DNA from: Promethearchaeota archaeon | Lineage (GTDB): Archaea > Asgardarchaeota > Thorarchaeia > Thorarchaeales > Thorarchaeaceae | Length of the DNA stretch: 64,000 bases | Assembly (NCBI GenBank): GCA_048939765.1 | Contig: JBHLPF010000005.1 | Coordinates: forward strand, 1 to 64,000 | Direction: 5' to 3' | In this document: in pieces, positions 1 through 9,883 of the stretch | Layout of the letters: each line of letters opens with the position of its first letter | How positions within the stretch are numbered: the first letter of the stretch is position 1 | Notes under the pieces: generated by a model | Told to the model about the DNA's origin: nothing | The model's input: only the letters and a program-made list of their open reading frames with translations | Databases searched by the model: none | Program-made: the position numbers and the translations under genes

Positions 1-486
1 TGTGGGATGCAAATAGAGTTTCTTAGTCGCACACTGGAGCATGCCAAGTTTGTAATATGTGTCCGAGATCCCCTCTACCAAGCACAATCCATCTTGCTTG
101 GTAGGAAAGCTATTTTCGGAACCTATGATGCCTGGTTCTCTTTGAAACCCTCTCAATACTCGGATCTAGTCAAGCTCAGTCCCTTCAAGCAGGTTGCAGG
201 TCAGATATATCATATTCTGAGAACAATAGGGCAAGGACTGAAATTGCTGCCTGCAAGCAACTATGTCATAATTGACCAAGAGGACCTCACAAGAGATCCC
301 AAAGGGGCACTCGATTCAATACTATGCCTAGCGAATCTTGATGAACTATCCGAGAAGGAAGCCCCTCAAGGGGTATTCGAGAACCGAAACAAAGTAAAAC
401 TGGACGATGGCGAATGGAGGAATCTCAAACTTGCCATTGAGGAATCCTTCAATGACAAATCCAGCAGTGACATTCTTTTAAGCTGA
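1..486 (+). CDS. Sulfotransferase family protein, C-terminal part (5' end outside window)
   Basis: FVICVRDPLYQAQS resembles the sulfotransferase 3'-phosphate-binding RDP..S motif; glycosylation context. Confidence 0.65.
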   Translation, partial: CGMQIEFLSRTLEHAKFVICVRDPLYQAQSILLGRKAIFGTYDAWFSLKPSQYSDLVKLSPFKQVAGQIYHILRTIGQGLKLLPASNYVIIDQEDLTRDPKGALDSILCLANLDELSEKEAPQGVFENRNKVKLDDGEWRNLKLAIEESFNDKSSSDILLS

Positions 487-539
487 ATCTCGAATCAATA
501 TGGCTCTCTGATTCCATCCTGCTCTCTTCCTTAGTAGCT

Positions 540-789
540 GGGGCGGTCTTCCGACCCAATGCACATTAATTCCTCCGATTTTTCCCCATATTTCCATGTT
601 CTTTCCAGGATATCGATGTTCCACCCATGCGATTGAATCCGATGACAAAGAAATAGCCATTGAGCCGTCCTGATGACGTTCCGGAGGAGGCATGCCGTCA
701 AACTCTTGCTTCAAAGAGAAATTGGGGATGACTACACAGTTTGATCCATTCTGAGCATGTTCTTTCGCTATTGCCTCACTGACTGTTAG
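540..789 (-). pseudogene. Internal fragment of a GT4-like glycosyltransferase, paralog of 18677..19816
   Basis: Translates LTVSEAIAKEHAQNGSNCVVIPNFSLKQE...AISLSSDSIAWVEHRYPG...WVGRPP, closely matching the middle of the 379-aa ORF; N- and C-terminal parts are missing. Confidence 0.85.
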
Positions 790-960
790 AAAAGATAAAG
801 CAAGATTGACAATTGAAGGATTTGCCTGATAATCAGTCGAAAACTCTTTCTACAGGAGTCATTTCCCAGTGCCTGTGAAAATCACACTCAAGAAGCCCAC
901 AGGAGAGAGAACTCCTCATAGTATTGCTATACTAGCCCTCTTGGGAACGGTGACACATAA

Positions 961-2364
961 ATGATTAAACCAGACTCGAATGAGGTTCTAATTCGCCTGG
1001 AAGAGGACCTTGGTCTTTTTAATGCCACAATCAATGGAATTAGGTTTTGGGAACGATTGAGGCTACCAGTGTTCTTTGCGATTCTTGAACATGTAAGGAT
1101 CAAGGCAGAAACTCTCTCTCTCAGGAAAAGACGGCTCAAGCGCTATTTGATTTCTATCTTTAAACTTCACAGAAATGCCATTTTGTCACCCAAGAATCAA
1201 ATCCTTTTCGTATGCAGCGGTCGTAAGGTACTTGAGAAAGACAACCTTTGGTGGGATATTTACACGGATCCTATAATAGCAGCATTGGATTCTCCACCGC
1301 TTGTCATAGAGCCACATTACAAGGAAAATCATTACAAGCCAGCAAAGACACCAGGAATACGCTATCTCGACTTCATTGACTTTCTCACTTTCATTAGGAG
1401 GACATTGCGACTATCCAGGATTACCTTCACCAAGAAGGAATCTTTGCTGTTGCAGAAGATTCGCAAGGAAATATTCAGTAAATTTGAGGTCGATATTGAT
1501 ATTGAATCACTAACGCGAAGAATATTGACAGATCGCAAATCCAGGTTGCCTCTTTTTAGATGGATGCTAAGACGGATACAACCGAAAGTTGTAGTTCTCG
1601 CTCAAGGATATCTGTGGGAAGACCTGGTTGAAGCCTGTAAGTCATTAGGTATAAGAAGTGTGGAATTGCAGCATGGTGCCATCACCCCACTTCATCTAGG
1701 CTATTCATTCGAAGGCGAATTTCGAACCAAAGAAACATTCGCAGATTATTTGCTAGCTTGGGGTGATTACTGGAGAACCTGTGTAGAGTACCCAATACCA
1801 AAGGAGAAGGTAGTGAGTATAGGCTTTCCATACTTCGAAATCAAGAAAGATTCATACTCGACAATCACCAGGAGGCGACAAATCCTCTTTATCTCGCAAG
1901 ATACAGTGGGCAAAACACTCTCGAAGATTGCAGTTGAACTAAGCAAAGCAGACGACTTGGGCTATGATATTCTCTACAAGCTACACCCTGCAGAACAAAG
2001 AGGATGGAGAGAACAATATCCATGGCTTGCGATGAGTAAGATCCAAGTTGTTGCTAAACAAGACGCTGATCTCTATGAGTTGTTCGCAGAATCGTTGATC
2101 CAGGTGGGTGTTTACTCTACAGCACTTTTTGAGGGTCTAGCTTTCGGACTACAGACCTATGTAATCGACGCTCCGGGTATTGAACACGCACGTCCGCTTC
2201 TTGAAACAGGTATGGTGCAGAAAGCATCAAATGTGGAGGAACTAATGCAGCATATCAAGGATGCAAAAGGATCAGAAGCCACAGATCTCGAGCACTTCTT
2301 CAAATCAAATTCATCTCAGAATGCAGCTTCGTTCTTCAGAGAGCTTCTTCAAAATGAGAAATGA
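961..2364 (+). CDS. GT-B-like polysaccharide biosynthesis protein, candidate nonulosonate (sialyl-type) transferase
   Basis: VELQHG, LAWG, YKLHP and YSTALFEG motifs typical of capsule/sialyltransferase-like GT-B proteins; near the neu/leg cluster. Confidence 0.55.
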   Translation: MIKPDSNEVLIRLEEDLGLFNATINGIRFWERLRLPVFFAILEHVRIKAETLSLRKRRLKRYLISIFKLHRNAILSPKNQILFVCSGRKVLEKDNLWWDIYTDPIIAALDSPPLVIEPHYKENHYKPAKTPGIRYLDFIDFLTFIRRTLRLSRITFTKKESLLLQKIRKEIFSKFEVDIDIESLTRRILTDRKSRLPLFRWMLRRIQPKVVVLAQGYLWEDLVEACKSLGIRSVELQHGAITPLHLGYSFEGEFRTKETFADYLLAWGDYWRTCVEYPIPKEKVVSIGFPYFEIKKDSYSTITRRRQILFISQDTVGKTLSKIAVELSKADDLGYDILYKLHPAEQRGWREQYPWLAMSKIQVVAKQDADLYELFAESLIQVGVYSTALFEGLAFGLQTYVIDAPGIEHARPLLETGMVQKASNVEELMQHIKDAKGSEATDLEHFFKSNSSQNAASFFRELLQNEK

Positions 2365-2385
2365 AGGCGAATCAAAGGTGTGAAA

Positions 2386-2892
2386 TCAGGTGTCACCATC
2401 GGAAGCCCAATATTTGTGGCTTGATACAAATTTGTCCCTTAATTCAAGGGCCTTGTCCAAATCCTCTTTCCTTTCTGGTCGTAGACTCTGAAGATGAGAA
2501 TAGTATTCCTTTGCATCGCGAATATCCTTGGTGTCAACATCGAAATTCTGTGCCATCTTCTCAAAGCTATCTAACAATGATGAATAAAGCGGAAACCAGA
2601 AGATGTGGTCCTTTGGACTAGGGACGTATTGATAGGGATTCCTTTCCATTGTGACTTCTTGAGAAGGTGCCCACATTACTAGGACTCTATCATATATGTA
2701 GCCTAAGATTAGAAACACGAAAAGGAGTACCCCAGAAAACACAAACGGTCCAAATGACCCCATCCCGGCGAAGAGAGGAATGTACTCAAAATAGGCAATT
2801 GCTAGTAGCAAAATGCCATAGAATAGACCCCAAATTCCTCTTATCTGAACAATTCGCCATTGTTGTTTCATCAACCATTTTCTAATACGCAT
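2386..2892 (-). CDS. Unknown membrane protein (one copy of a 2-TM + YD..W.P..ERNP domain)
   Basis: Two hydrophobic segments; clear paralog of both halves of 2898..3950. Confidence 0.75.
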   Translation of the reverse strand: MRIRKWLMKQQWRIVQIRGIWGLFYGILLLAIAYFEYIPLFAGMGSFGPFVFSGVLLFVFLILGYIYDRVLVMWAPSQEVTMERNPYQYVPSPKDHIFWFPLYSSLLDSFEKMAQNFDVDTKDIRDAKEYYSHLQSLRPERKEDLDKALELRDKFVSSHKYWASDGDT

Positions 2893-2897
2893 GATGT

Positions 2898-3950
2898 TCA
2901 GTCACTCCTTAATTGAGACTCAAATAGCACTCCAAATGCGTTTCTGAGATGTCTTGCTTCCACCATGTCTTCATCTCTCGATACATCCAAATTGCTGTAA
3001 TCCGCGAGATACTGCAAAATTCGATCGATATCACTGTAGTCTGCACCCGCCGCGCTCATGATCTTCTTCATGGTTCCCAAGACCGTATTGAATAGTGGGA
3101 ACTCCATGATGTGAATTCTGGGCTCCGCCAAGAAAGTGAATGGATTTCTCTCAACCTTAACAATGAGGTCCGGAGTCCAGATGCGTAACTTCCTATCGTA
3201 TAACCAGCCAAGTGCAAGAAGAAGAGTGAACAACGGCAGTGAGATGAAGAACATACCAAGGATAAGGATATCTAGCGGTATAATTGAGCCTACTACTTCT
3301 GACCCCTCGAGATAGATTAGCGTAATGAGGAAGGTTCCGAAAATGAGTACATCCTGAAGGAGTCCAGTTAAGGATTGAATCCAGGTAAGACGAAGCGTCT
3401 GAATCTGGAACGAGAGTTTGGCTCTGGCGCCCAGACCTATTTTACCTGGTGAGTGCTTTTTAGATTCCAGGAAGGGATTGTCTTCCATATACTTCTCCGA
3501 ATTTGGAAGTGCAGTAAAAAGATCCTTCCGAACCACAGATCTATCAAAGAATTTCTGCATGTAGTTCAGAAACTCATTATAATTCTCTGTTTCGATTGAA
3601 GCGCTATCGAGGATGCCTTTCATGGTTTGAAATACAGCATAGAATACAGGATAGTCGATTGCTAGCGATCGATAATCAGGGATGAAATAGTACGGACTCC
3701 TTTCAACACTTGCTTGTTGCTGTGGACTCCACATCTTACCTCTTACATCATAAAGCCAACCAAGTCCCATGAAGAAAACAACCAAGAGCGTACCCAAAAT
3801 GAGTGCTCCAAGAAGGCCCATGTCTTGAAGACCAGGGATGTAAATATAGTAGAGCCTTCCAAGTACAAACATCCCAAGAGCTAAGCTTGAAAGAGCTCGA
3901 ATTGTTCCTACTCGCCAGTATTGCTTCATAATCCATTTCTTAATGGACAA
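2898..3950 (-). CDS. Unknown membrane protein with internal duplication (two copies of the same domain)
   Basis: LGWLYDVRGKMWSP..ERSPY and LGWLYDRKLRIWTP..ERNPF; probable TTG start. Confidence 0.75.
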   Translation of the reverse strand: MSIKKWIMKQYWRVGTIRALSSLALGMFVLGRLYYIYIPGLQDMGLLGALILGTLLVVFFMGLGWLYDVRGKMWSPQQQASVERSPYYFIPDYRSLAIDYPVFYAVFQTMKGILDSASIETENYNEFLNYMQKFFDRSVVRKDLFTALPNSEKYMEDNPFLESKKHSPGKIGLGARAKLSFQIQTLRLTWIQSLTGLLQDVLIFGTFLITLIYLEGSEVVGSIIPLDILILGMFFISLPLFTLLLALGWLYDRKLRIWTPDLIVKVERNPFTFLAEPRIHIMEFPLFNTVLGTMKKIMSAAGADYSDIDRILQYLADYSNLDVSRDEDMVEARHLRNAFGVLFESQLRSD

Positions 3951-4128
3951 AGATTGCTACCTCGTTAGATACTGATTTGGATGGAGCGGCACTACATATA
4001 ACCTATACTGATTTACGGATAATGTACTACACATTTTACTGACGCTAGCTAATCAGTGCAGCTGCATTTGGCGTTCTTCAGAGGATGACTTATTAAACAG
4101 ATTCAGTGTTCGCCAGTTCCGAATAGCA

Positions 4129-5520
4129 ATGAGAGTCTGTTTAATCGTTTACGACAACGATTCCTATATTCACTGGTTTCCTCAGGGCATTGCGTACCTC
4201 GCTTCTGCTTTGCGTAATGCTGGACATGAAATCACCATCTATAATCAGGATGTATATCATTTCCATGAATCTCACTTGACAGAGTATCTGAAAAAGAATC
4301 AATTTGATGTAATTGGTGTCGGTGTTATAGGAGGATACTATCAATATCGGAAACTTCTGAAAATATCTGCGGCCATTGCCTTAGTCCCAGACAGGCCAAA
4401 GTACATTATTGGTGGTCATGGACCCTCCCCTGAACCGGAATATTTCCTAAAGAAGACAGGAGCTGATGTTGTTGTAGTTGGTGAGGGTGAACTAAGCACT
4501 CCTCGGCTCCTTGAGGCATTTGAAAAAGGTGAGGACCTCAGCAATGTAAAAGGCATCGCTTTCCTAGATGACAAAGGTAAGTGCATAGTAACAGAACGAC
4601 AGCCTTTGATTGCAGATTTGGATTCAATTCCATTTCCTGCATATGACTTGTTCCCGATGGACTATTACACTCTTCTCCGAATGCCTCATATAAGGAATAG
4701 TGATCGGTGCCTGCCCATTTTGAGCTCTCGAGGCTGCCCTTATCGTTGTAACTTCTGTTATCGTATGGATGAAGGAATTCGATTGAGAAGTCCTGAAAAT
4801 GTTGTTGAAGAGATGCAACTCCTCAATGAGAAGTATCGGGTCAGTTATTTTGCATTCGCAGATGAGCTTACTATGGTTTCTCGAAAACGGATAACAGAGC
4901 TCTGTCAAGCATTTATCGAAGCAGATTTAGACATTCGATGGGATTGTAATGGCCGCCTCAATTTTGCACAACCGGATATTCTGGAATTGATGAGGAAAGC
5001 AGGCTGTGTGTTCATCAACTATGGAATTGAAAGCGTTGATGACGATTGCCTGAAAGCTATGAACAAAAATCTAACCGTCGAACAGATAACTAATGGAATT
5101 GAAAATACTCTAGCTGCTGGGATATCTCCTGGGTTTAATATCATCTGGGGTAATATCGGAGAGGATGAGAATACTCTGGAAAAAGGAGTGCAGTTTCTAT
5201 TGAAGTATGATGATCACTCTCAGTTGAGAACCATTCGACCCGTTACACCCTATCCTGGATCAGATTTGTATGAATATGCTATTGAGAATAGTTTGCTTAC
5301 TGATGTAGAAGATTTCTATGAAAACAAACATACCAACTCAGATCTTCTAGCTGTGAATTTCACTCCTCTGTCTGATGATGAGTTCTATCAGTACTTATTT
5401 GATGCCAACAGAAGGTTGCTAGAAAATTACTATGACCATTTGAAACAGAGAATGATTGAAACTGCAAGGAAACTATATTTGGAGCGAGATGAAACCTTCC
5501 GAGGCTTTAGAACATCTTGA
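4129..5520 (+). CDS. B12-binding radical SAM protein (class B methyltransferase-like)
   Basis: N-terminal cobalamin-binding domain (IIGGHGPS, VVVGEGE); SRGCPYRCNFC; GIES. Confidence 0.9.
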   Translation: MRVCLIVYDNDSYIHWFPQGIAYLASALRNAGHEITIYNQDVYHFHESHLTEYLKKNQFDVIGVGVIGGYYQYRKLLKISAAIALVPDRPKYIIGGHGPSPEPEYFLKKTGADVVVVGEGELSTPRLLEAFEKGEDLSNVKGIAFLDDKGKCIVTERQPLIADLDSIPFPAYDLFPMDYYTLLRMPHIRNSDRCLPILSSRGCPYRCNFCYRMDEGIRLRSPENVVEEMQLLNEKYRVSYFAFADELTMVSRKRITELCQAFIEADLDIRWDCNGRLNFAQPDILELMRKAGCVFINYGIESVDDDCLKAMNKNLTVEQITNGIENTLAAGISPGFNIIWGNIGEDENTLEKGVQFLLKYDDHSQLRTIRPVTPYPGSDLYEYAIENSLLTDVEDFYENKHTNSDLLAVNFTPLSDDEFYQYLFDANRRLLENYYDHLKQRMIETARKLYLERDETFRGFRTS

Positions 5521-5549
5521 ACTTGGTGCTCTACTTCTCATAAAGAAGA

Positions 5550-5576
5550 ATGACTGTACGTTTCTCGTACAGTCAT
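5550..5576. terminator. Perfect 11-bp inverted repeat between convergent genes
   Basis: ATGACTGTACG-tttct-CGTACAGTCAT. Confidence 0.55.
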
Positions 5577-5591
5577 CTTGGATAGACTTCA

Positions 5592-6014
5592 TTAAACATA
5601 TCTACATTTGATTTGAATGCTTGAGATGTCCAAGCCTTTTGGTGCGGATGCCCTACAGAAGACACGAACAACAACCTTCTCAGAAGCACTAACGTCAGTT
5701 AATCCAAGCGGATACGTGTACCCACCTTTTGCAGTACGAGGTGTACTATCATCTAGAAGCGTTTGGATTTGATTCCACGAAGCGGCATATACAATGATTC
5801 TTTCCACACAGTCGTTGGGATTAGCATCGAAAATATTGACCTTAATGTCTCCAACATGAAGCCTTGTTATGCCCTTACTTGTGGGTAAGGGAAGAATGAA
5901 CAATGCTTGGAAATCGGCATCAGAGGCAGACGTATAGAATGGTCCACCCATATACAATCGTGTATCAATATTCACATCTTCCAGAATGCACGGAACCCAA
6001 AATTCCTCAGTCAT
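5592..6014 (-). CDS. Hypothetical protein (beta-rich)
   Basis: 140-aa ORF with ATG start and a GAGG-type RBS; no recognisable motif. Confidence 0.6.
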   Translation of the reverse strand: MTEEFWVPCILEDVNIDTRLYMGGPFYTSASDADFQALFILPLPTSKGITRLHVGDIKVNIFDANPNDCVERIIVYAASWNQIQTLLDDSTPRTAKGGYTYPLGLTDVSASEKVVVRVFCRASAPKGLDISSIQIKCRYV

Positions 6015-6133
6015 TTTGAAACCTCGAAATAGGTTGCTGGGTTTTTACCTAATAAGACTAATTTGGATTTCTTTGGCTCCGGGTATTTCTGCATTGAAGC
6101 TCTGATATTCAAGCTTGAGCTAGTCTTTTGATT

Positions 6134-7054
6134 TCACCTACTCTCATCTGGCATCCAGCGAATGAAATCATAGCTTGGAGGTCGAATAACTCGTAGAGTT
6201 TCACTTAGAACTTCAATATGTGGTTTTTCTACATCGGTATGTAGCTTTTCGAATAGCTTCTCTCCATATTCAGGAGAGCCAAAAACGATTTCACCCTTCT
6301 TCTCCTGTTCAGAAAGCCACTCCTTTGCTACATCAACAATCTTTCGAGTGTCATCTTCCGTCAAATTGGGAATGAAAATTTCTCCACCCTCCATGAATTC
6401 AAAAGCTTCCATCAGGAATTTAATCGCAGATTCAAGTGGAAGAAAGTACCGAGTCATCTCGGGGTCAGTCACCAGAATCTTTCCGTTCTTCTTTAGCTGC
6501 TTCGGCCAAGCTTCAAAGACATTTCCTCTTGTTTGGATGACATTTGGAAATCTGGCGACACTAAGCTTTGTGGGACGAAGGCCACTGACATATTTCGCAG
6601 CTATGACTAACCGTTCACCAATGAGTTTTGTTGCACCCATCAAGCTCGTTGGATTCACTGCTTTGTCGGTGCTAATATAGAGAAATTTCTCAACTGAACC
6701 GGCGGCTATTGCTGCCCGGATTGTGTTCTGAGTACCAATGACATTGGTTTCCACAGCGTCGAATGGGTTGTACTCACACAATGCAACGTGTTTGTATGCA
6801 GCAGTGTGAAATACATGTTTCACACCATGCATTGCCTCTTCCACACGAGGATAGTCCCTAACACTCCCAAGGAAAAAGCGTACATTGGGATTGCCTTTTA
6901 GACGTTGTTGAAGTTGCCAAACGCCATATTCATCACTGTCAAAGACCCGAACAGTGTATTCTTTTTCCAGTGTTCTCAAAAGGTGTTCTACAAGAGCTGA
7001 GCCAATTGCGCCAGCCCCGCCAGTTACTAGAATCGCAGGTTTCCCTTTCCTCAT
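6134..7054 (-). CDS. NDP-GlcNAc 4,6-dehydratase (Polysacc_synt_2 / PglF-PseB-LegB type)
   Basis: TGGAGAIG, HTAAYKHV, STDKAVNPTSLMGATK. Confidence 0.88.
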   Translation of the reverse strand: MRKGKPAILVTGGAGAIGSALVEHLLRTLEKEYTVRVFDSDEYGVWQLQQRLKGNPNVRFFLGSVRDYPRVEEAMHGVKHVFHTAAYKHVALCEYNPFDAVETNVIGTQNTIRAAIAAGSVEKFLYISTDKAVNPTSLMGATKLIGERLVIAAKYVSGLRPTKLSVARFPNVIQTRGNVFEAWPKQLKKNGKILVTDPEMTRYFLPLESAIKFLMEAFEFMEGGEIFIPNLTEDDTRKIVDVAKEWLSEQEKKGEIVFGSPEYGEKLFEKLHTDVEKPHIEVLSETLRVIRPPSYDFIRWMPDESR

Positions 7055-7117
7055 GTGAATTCATCTCGTTTCCCTTGTACTATACATTTGTTATTTTCGG
7101 TAGCTAGCCTATTTTGA

Positions 7118-8242
7118 TTAAAAGAACTCAATTACAGATTTTGAGATATACTCGAGTTCTTCATCAGTCATATGTGGATACATTGGTAACGTCAAAACTT
7201 GCGACGAAATGCGTTCAGTTGTGGGCAAATCTGCCTTTCCATAACCAAGATTCTGGAATACCGAATACTTGTGAACAGGATCAAAGTATACCTTAGAGTC
7301 GATTCCTTTGCTCTTTAAATGGTCCATAAGTTCATTTCTCTTTCTGGAACCATCTTTAACTCTAATGGTGAACATCTGATAAACTGCATAGAATCTTTTG
7401 CTAGGTGGTGTTGGGGTGATGATGTCTTCAATTTCACTTAAACGTTCTATCAAATATTGCGCATTGTTTCTTCTCATTTCGATTAATTCGTCAACTCTCT
7501 TTAATTGAGAAAGACCCAATCCAGCAAGCAATGTCGAAATGCGTAGATTGTATCCAACCTCGACGTATTCCACCTCAGCTCCTCCAGCGAAGTAGTCCCC
7601 ACTTACTATTCTTCCATAGGATCTGAACCGTCTTACTGCTTCATTCACTTCGCTATTGTCAGTAACCACGCAGCCACCTTCGCTCGTTGTAATGACTTTG
7701 TTTTGACAGAAACTGAAGATAGATGAATCCCCAAAAGATCCAGTTTGCCTACCTTCAAGCATTGCACCAAATGATTCAGCTGCATCTTCAATCAGAATCA
7801 TCCCCTTTTCTTCCGCCAATTCTTTGAGCTCGTCTATCTTACATGGCATACCACCATAATGGATTGGCAGTATAGCCTTTGTACTAGAACTGATTTTGCT
7901 ACTGACATCATCCACATCCAATCCAAACGTCTGCTCTTCAATGTCAGCGAAAACAGGACTGGCACCCGCATATATTGGAGCGTAGGCTGATGCAATGAAG
8001 GTGAAGGACGGTACAATAATTTCATCACCCTTTTTGAAGCCATAGGCGTTCATCAAAGCGTCTAATGCCGACCCTCCTGAGTTGAGAAGGATGCAATGGC
8101 TCAATCCAATGTAATTTGCGATTTTCTTCTCTAGTTCTTCAATCTCACTTCCTATACACCAATACTTCCCTGATCGGATAATTTCACTGATTGCCGTGAT
8201 ATCGTCTTCATCCCATCCAATCTTGAAAAGAGGAATGTCCAC
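7118..8242 (-). CDS. DegT/DnrJ/EryC1/StrS sugar aminotransferase (LegC/PglE-like)
   Basis: IEDAAES, FSFCQNKVITTSEGG (PLP lysine), LTLPMYP. Confidence 0.92.
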   Translation of the reverse strand: MDIPLFKIGWDEDDITAISEIIRSGKYWCIGSEIEELEKKIANYIGLSHCILLNSGGSALDALMNAYGFKKGDEIIVPSFTFIASAYAPIYAGASPVFADIEEQTFGLDVDDVSSKISSSTKAILPIHYGGMPCKIDELKELAEEKGMILIEDAAESFGAMLEGRQTGSFGDSSIFSFCQNKVITTSEGGCVVTDNSEVNEAVRRFRSYGRIVSGDYFAGGAEVEYVEVGYNLRISTLLAGLGLSQLKRVDELIEMRRNNAQYLIERLSEIEDIITPTPPSKRFYAVYQMFTIRVKDGSRKRNELMDHLKSKGIDSKVYFDPVHKYSVFQNLGYGKADLPTTERISSQVLTLPMYPHMTDEELEYISKSVIEFF

Positions 8243-8249
8243 TTGTTGT

Positions 8250-8669
8250 TCACCTTTCCGAACTTACTCCTTCATCTTGCGAGCTTTGAATTTTGGCAGG
8301 AATGCCATAAGCCACTACATTGTCCGGGAGGTCCTGATTAACAAAACTGAATGCTCCAACTACAGTGTTCTCTCCAATCGTGACCCCTGGCATAATAACT
8401 GAATGAGTTCCAATCTTGGCATTCTTCCTAATGACAACTTTGCCTCTCTTGTTATCAATCGTTGATAGTGAGTAGATGGAGCAGTGAGAGCCAACCTCCA
8501 CTCCTTCACCAATAGCTACACCGTATAATGCGTTAATGTATGTGAAGGCACCAATGTCTGTATGATGTCCAAGCTCAAGATTCTCATGATGCTGGCACAT
8601 CCAGTTCCATCTCGTAGTATCCTTGTCATCAAACTCAGGTGCTTTCCAATCTTTGAATCTCTTATTCAT
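8250..8669 (-). CDS. Hexapeptide-repeat acetyltransferase
   Basis: Left-handed beta-helix repeats, IGENTVVGAFSFV, VAYGIPAK. Confidence 0.85.
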   Translation of the reverse strand: MNKRFKDWKAPEFDDKDTTRWNWMCQHHENLELGHHTDIGAFTYINALYGVAIGEGVEVGSHCSIYSLSTIDNKRGKVVIRKNAKIGTHSVIMPGVTIGENTVVGAFSFVNQDLPDNVVAYGIPAKIQSSQDEGVSSER

Positions 8670-8684
8670 GTTCTCTTCTCCATC

Positions 8685-9845
8685 CTAGTAGGTCATCCGT
8701 TTCTGTAGCAACTTGCTATCCTGACTCAAATTCCTCAAAGCCTCAATAATGCGTTGACTAGCTTTCCCATCACCATAGGGTGTTTTTAGTTCTCCCACAA
8801 CTTCCTTGAAACCTTGATCTTTGAGAGCTTTCTCGATTGCAGATTCAATATCTTCCTTATTGTAATCCACATCAATGACATTATGAGCTCTTTCTCTACC
8901 TCTTTGCCTTGTGCCTATACATACATATGGGACGCCAAGTGATGGAGCTTCGATTATTCCACTACTTGAATTGCCTACATATACATCCGCGAGCTTCATC
9001 AAGGTTAGGTAATCAATGTGTGGAAGATTCTTGAAAATGTGAACGGCTGTCTTCTTTGCATATTCATTGGCCACATCAACAATCTTCGTGCCTCCTGGGT
9101 AATCATTTGGATAGATAACAAAGACCTGCAATTGATGCTTTGCTGCAACTTCCACAACTGATTCCAAGACATGATTGAACTGCTTTTCTGCGTCTTTCCA
9201 TTCCGTTGAAACAGGGTGATAGGAAATTAGAATGTACTTCTGAAGATTCAAGCCATATTCCTTTGAGATATCTTCCTTTGTCCGCAATTCACTGCCGAGT
9301 ACTGTATCAAGAGTTAGCGATCCCACATTTTGTACTCTCCAATCCTCCTCGCCTAGCTTCAGGATACGCTTTCTGCTTTCTTCAGTTTGTGCGAAATGGA
9401 GATGTGAGAGCTTTGTAATCGCATGTCTCATGACATGATCGATATCCCCCATGCCCACATCTCCGCCAGCTATGTGAGCCACTGGTATATTCATTGTTGT
9501 TGATGCGATAGCGGCAGCAAATGGTTCTATTCGATCTCCAAAGACAATGATGATATCAGGATGATCTTCCATAAAGACCGTCGAGAAACCAATTACTCCT
9601 TTGCCTATTGATTGTGCCAATTCATAATCATTGGCCATCGCCTTCGAGCCCATATCTATAGTTCTGGCTATCTCAAAACCATCTCTTTCAATTTCACGAA
9701 TAGAATCACCATACTCCTTTAGAAGATGCATTCCAGAAACGTATAGTCGCAACTCCATGGTTGGTTCTTCAACAATGGCATCAAGAAGGGGTCTCAAATA
9801 ACCATATTCAGCTCGAGTTCCCGTGACAACTCCTATTCTCTTCAT
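8685..9845 (-). CDS. neuC: Hydrolysing UDP/GDP-sugar 2-epimerase (NeuC/LegG)
   Basis: VTGTRAEYG, GDRIE, GNSSSGIIEAPS, IGTRQRGRE, PYGDG. Confidence 0.92.
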   Translation of the reverse strand: MKRIGVVTGTRAEYGYLRPLLDAIVEEPTMELRLYVSGMHLLKEYGDSIREIERDGFEIARTIDMGSKAMANDYELAQSIGKGVIGFSTVFMEDHPDIIIVFGDRIEPFAAAIASTTMNIPVAHIAGGDVGMGDIDHVMRHAITKLSHLHFAQTEESRKRILKLGEEDWRVQNVGSLTLDTVLGSELRTKEDISKEYGLNLQKYILISYHPVSTEWKDAEKQFNHVLESVVEVAAKHQLQVFVIYPNDYPGGTKIVDVANEYAKKTAVHIFKNLPHIDYLTLMKLADVYVGNSSSGIIEAPSLGVPYVCIGTRQRGRERAHNVIDVDYNKEDIESAIEKALKDQGFKEVVGELKTPYGDGKASQRIIEALRNLSQDSKLLQKRMTY

Positions 9846-9883
9846 TTAGAGATCCCTCACAAGTACCATAGTCTTCTCTTATC

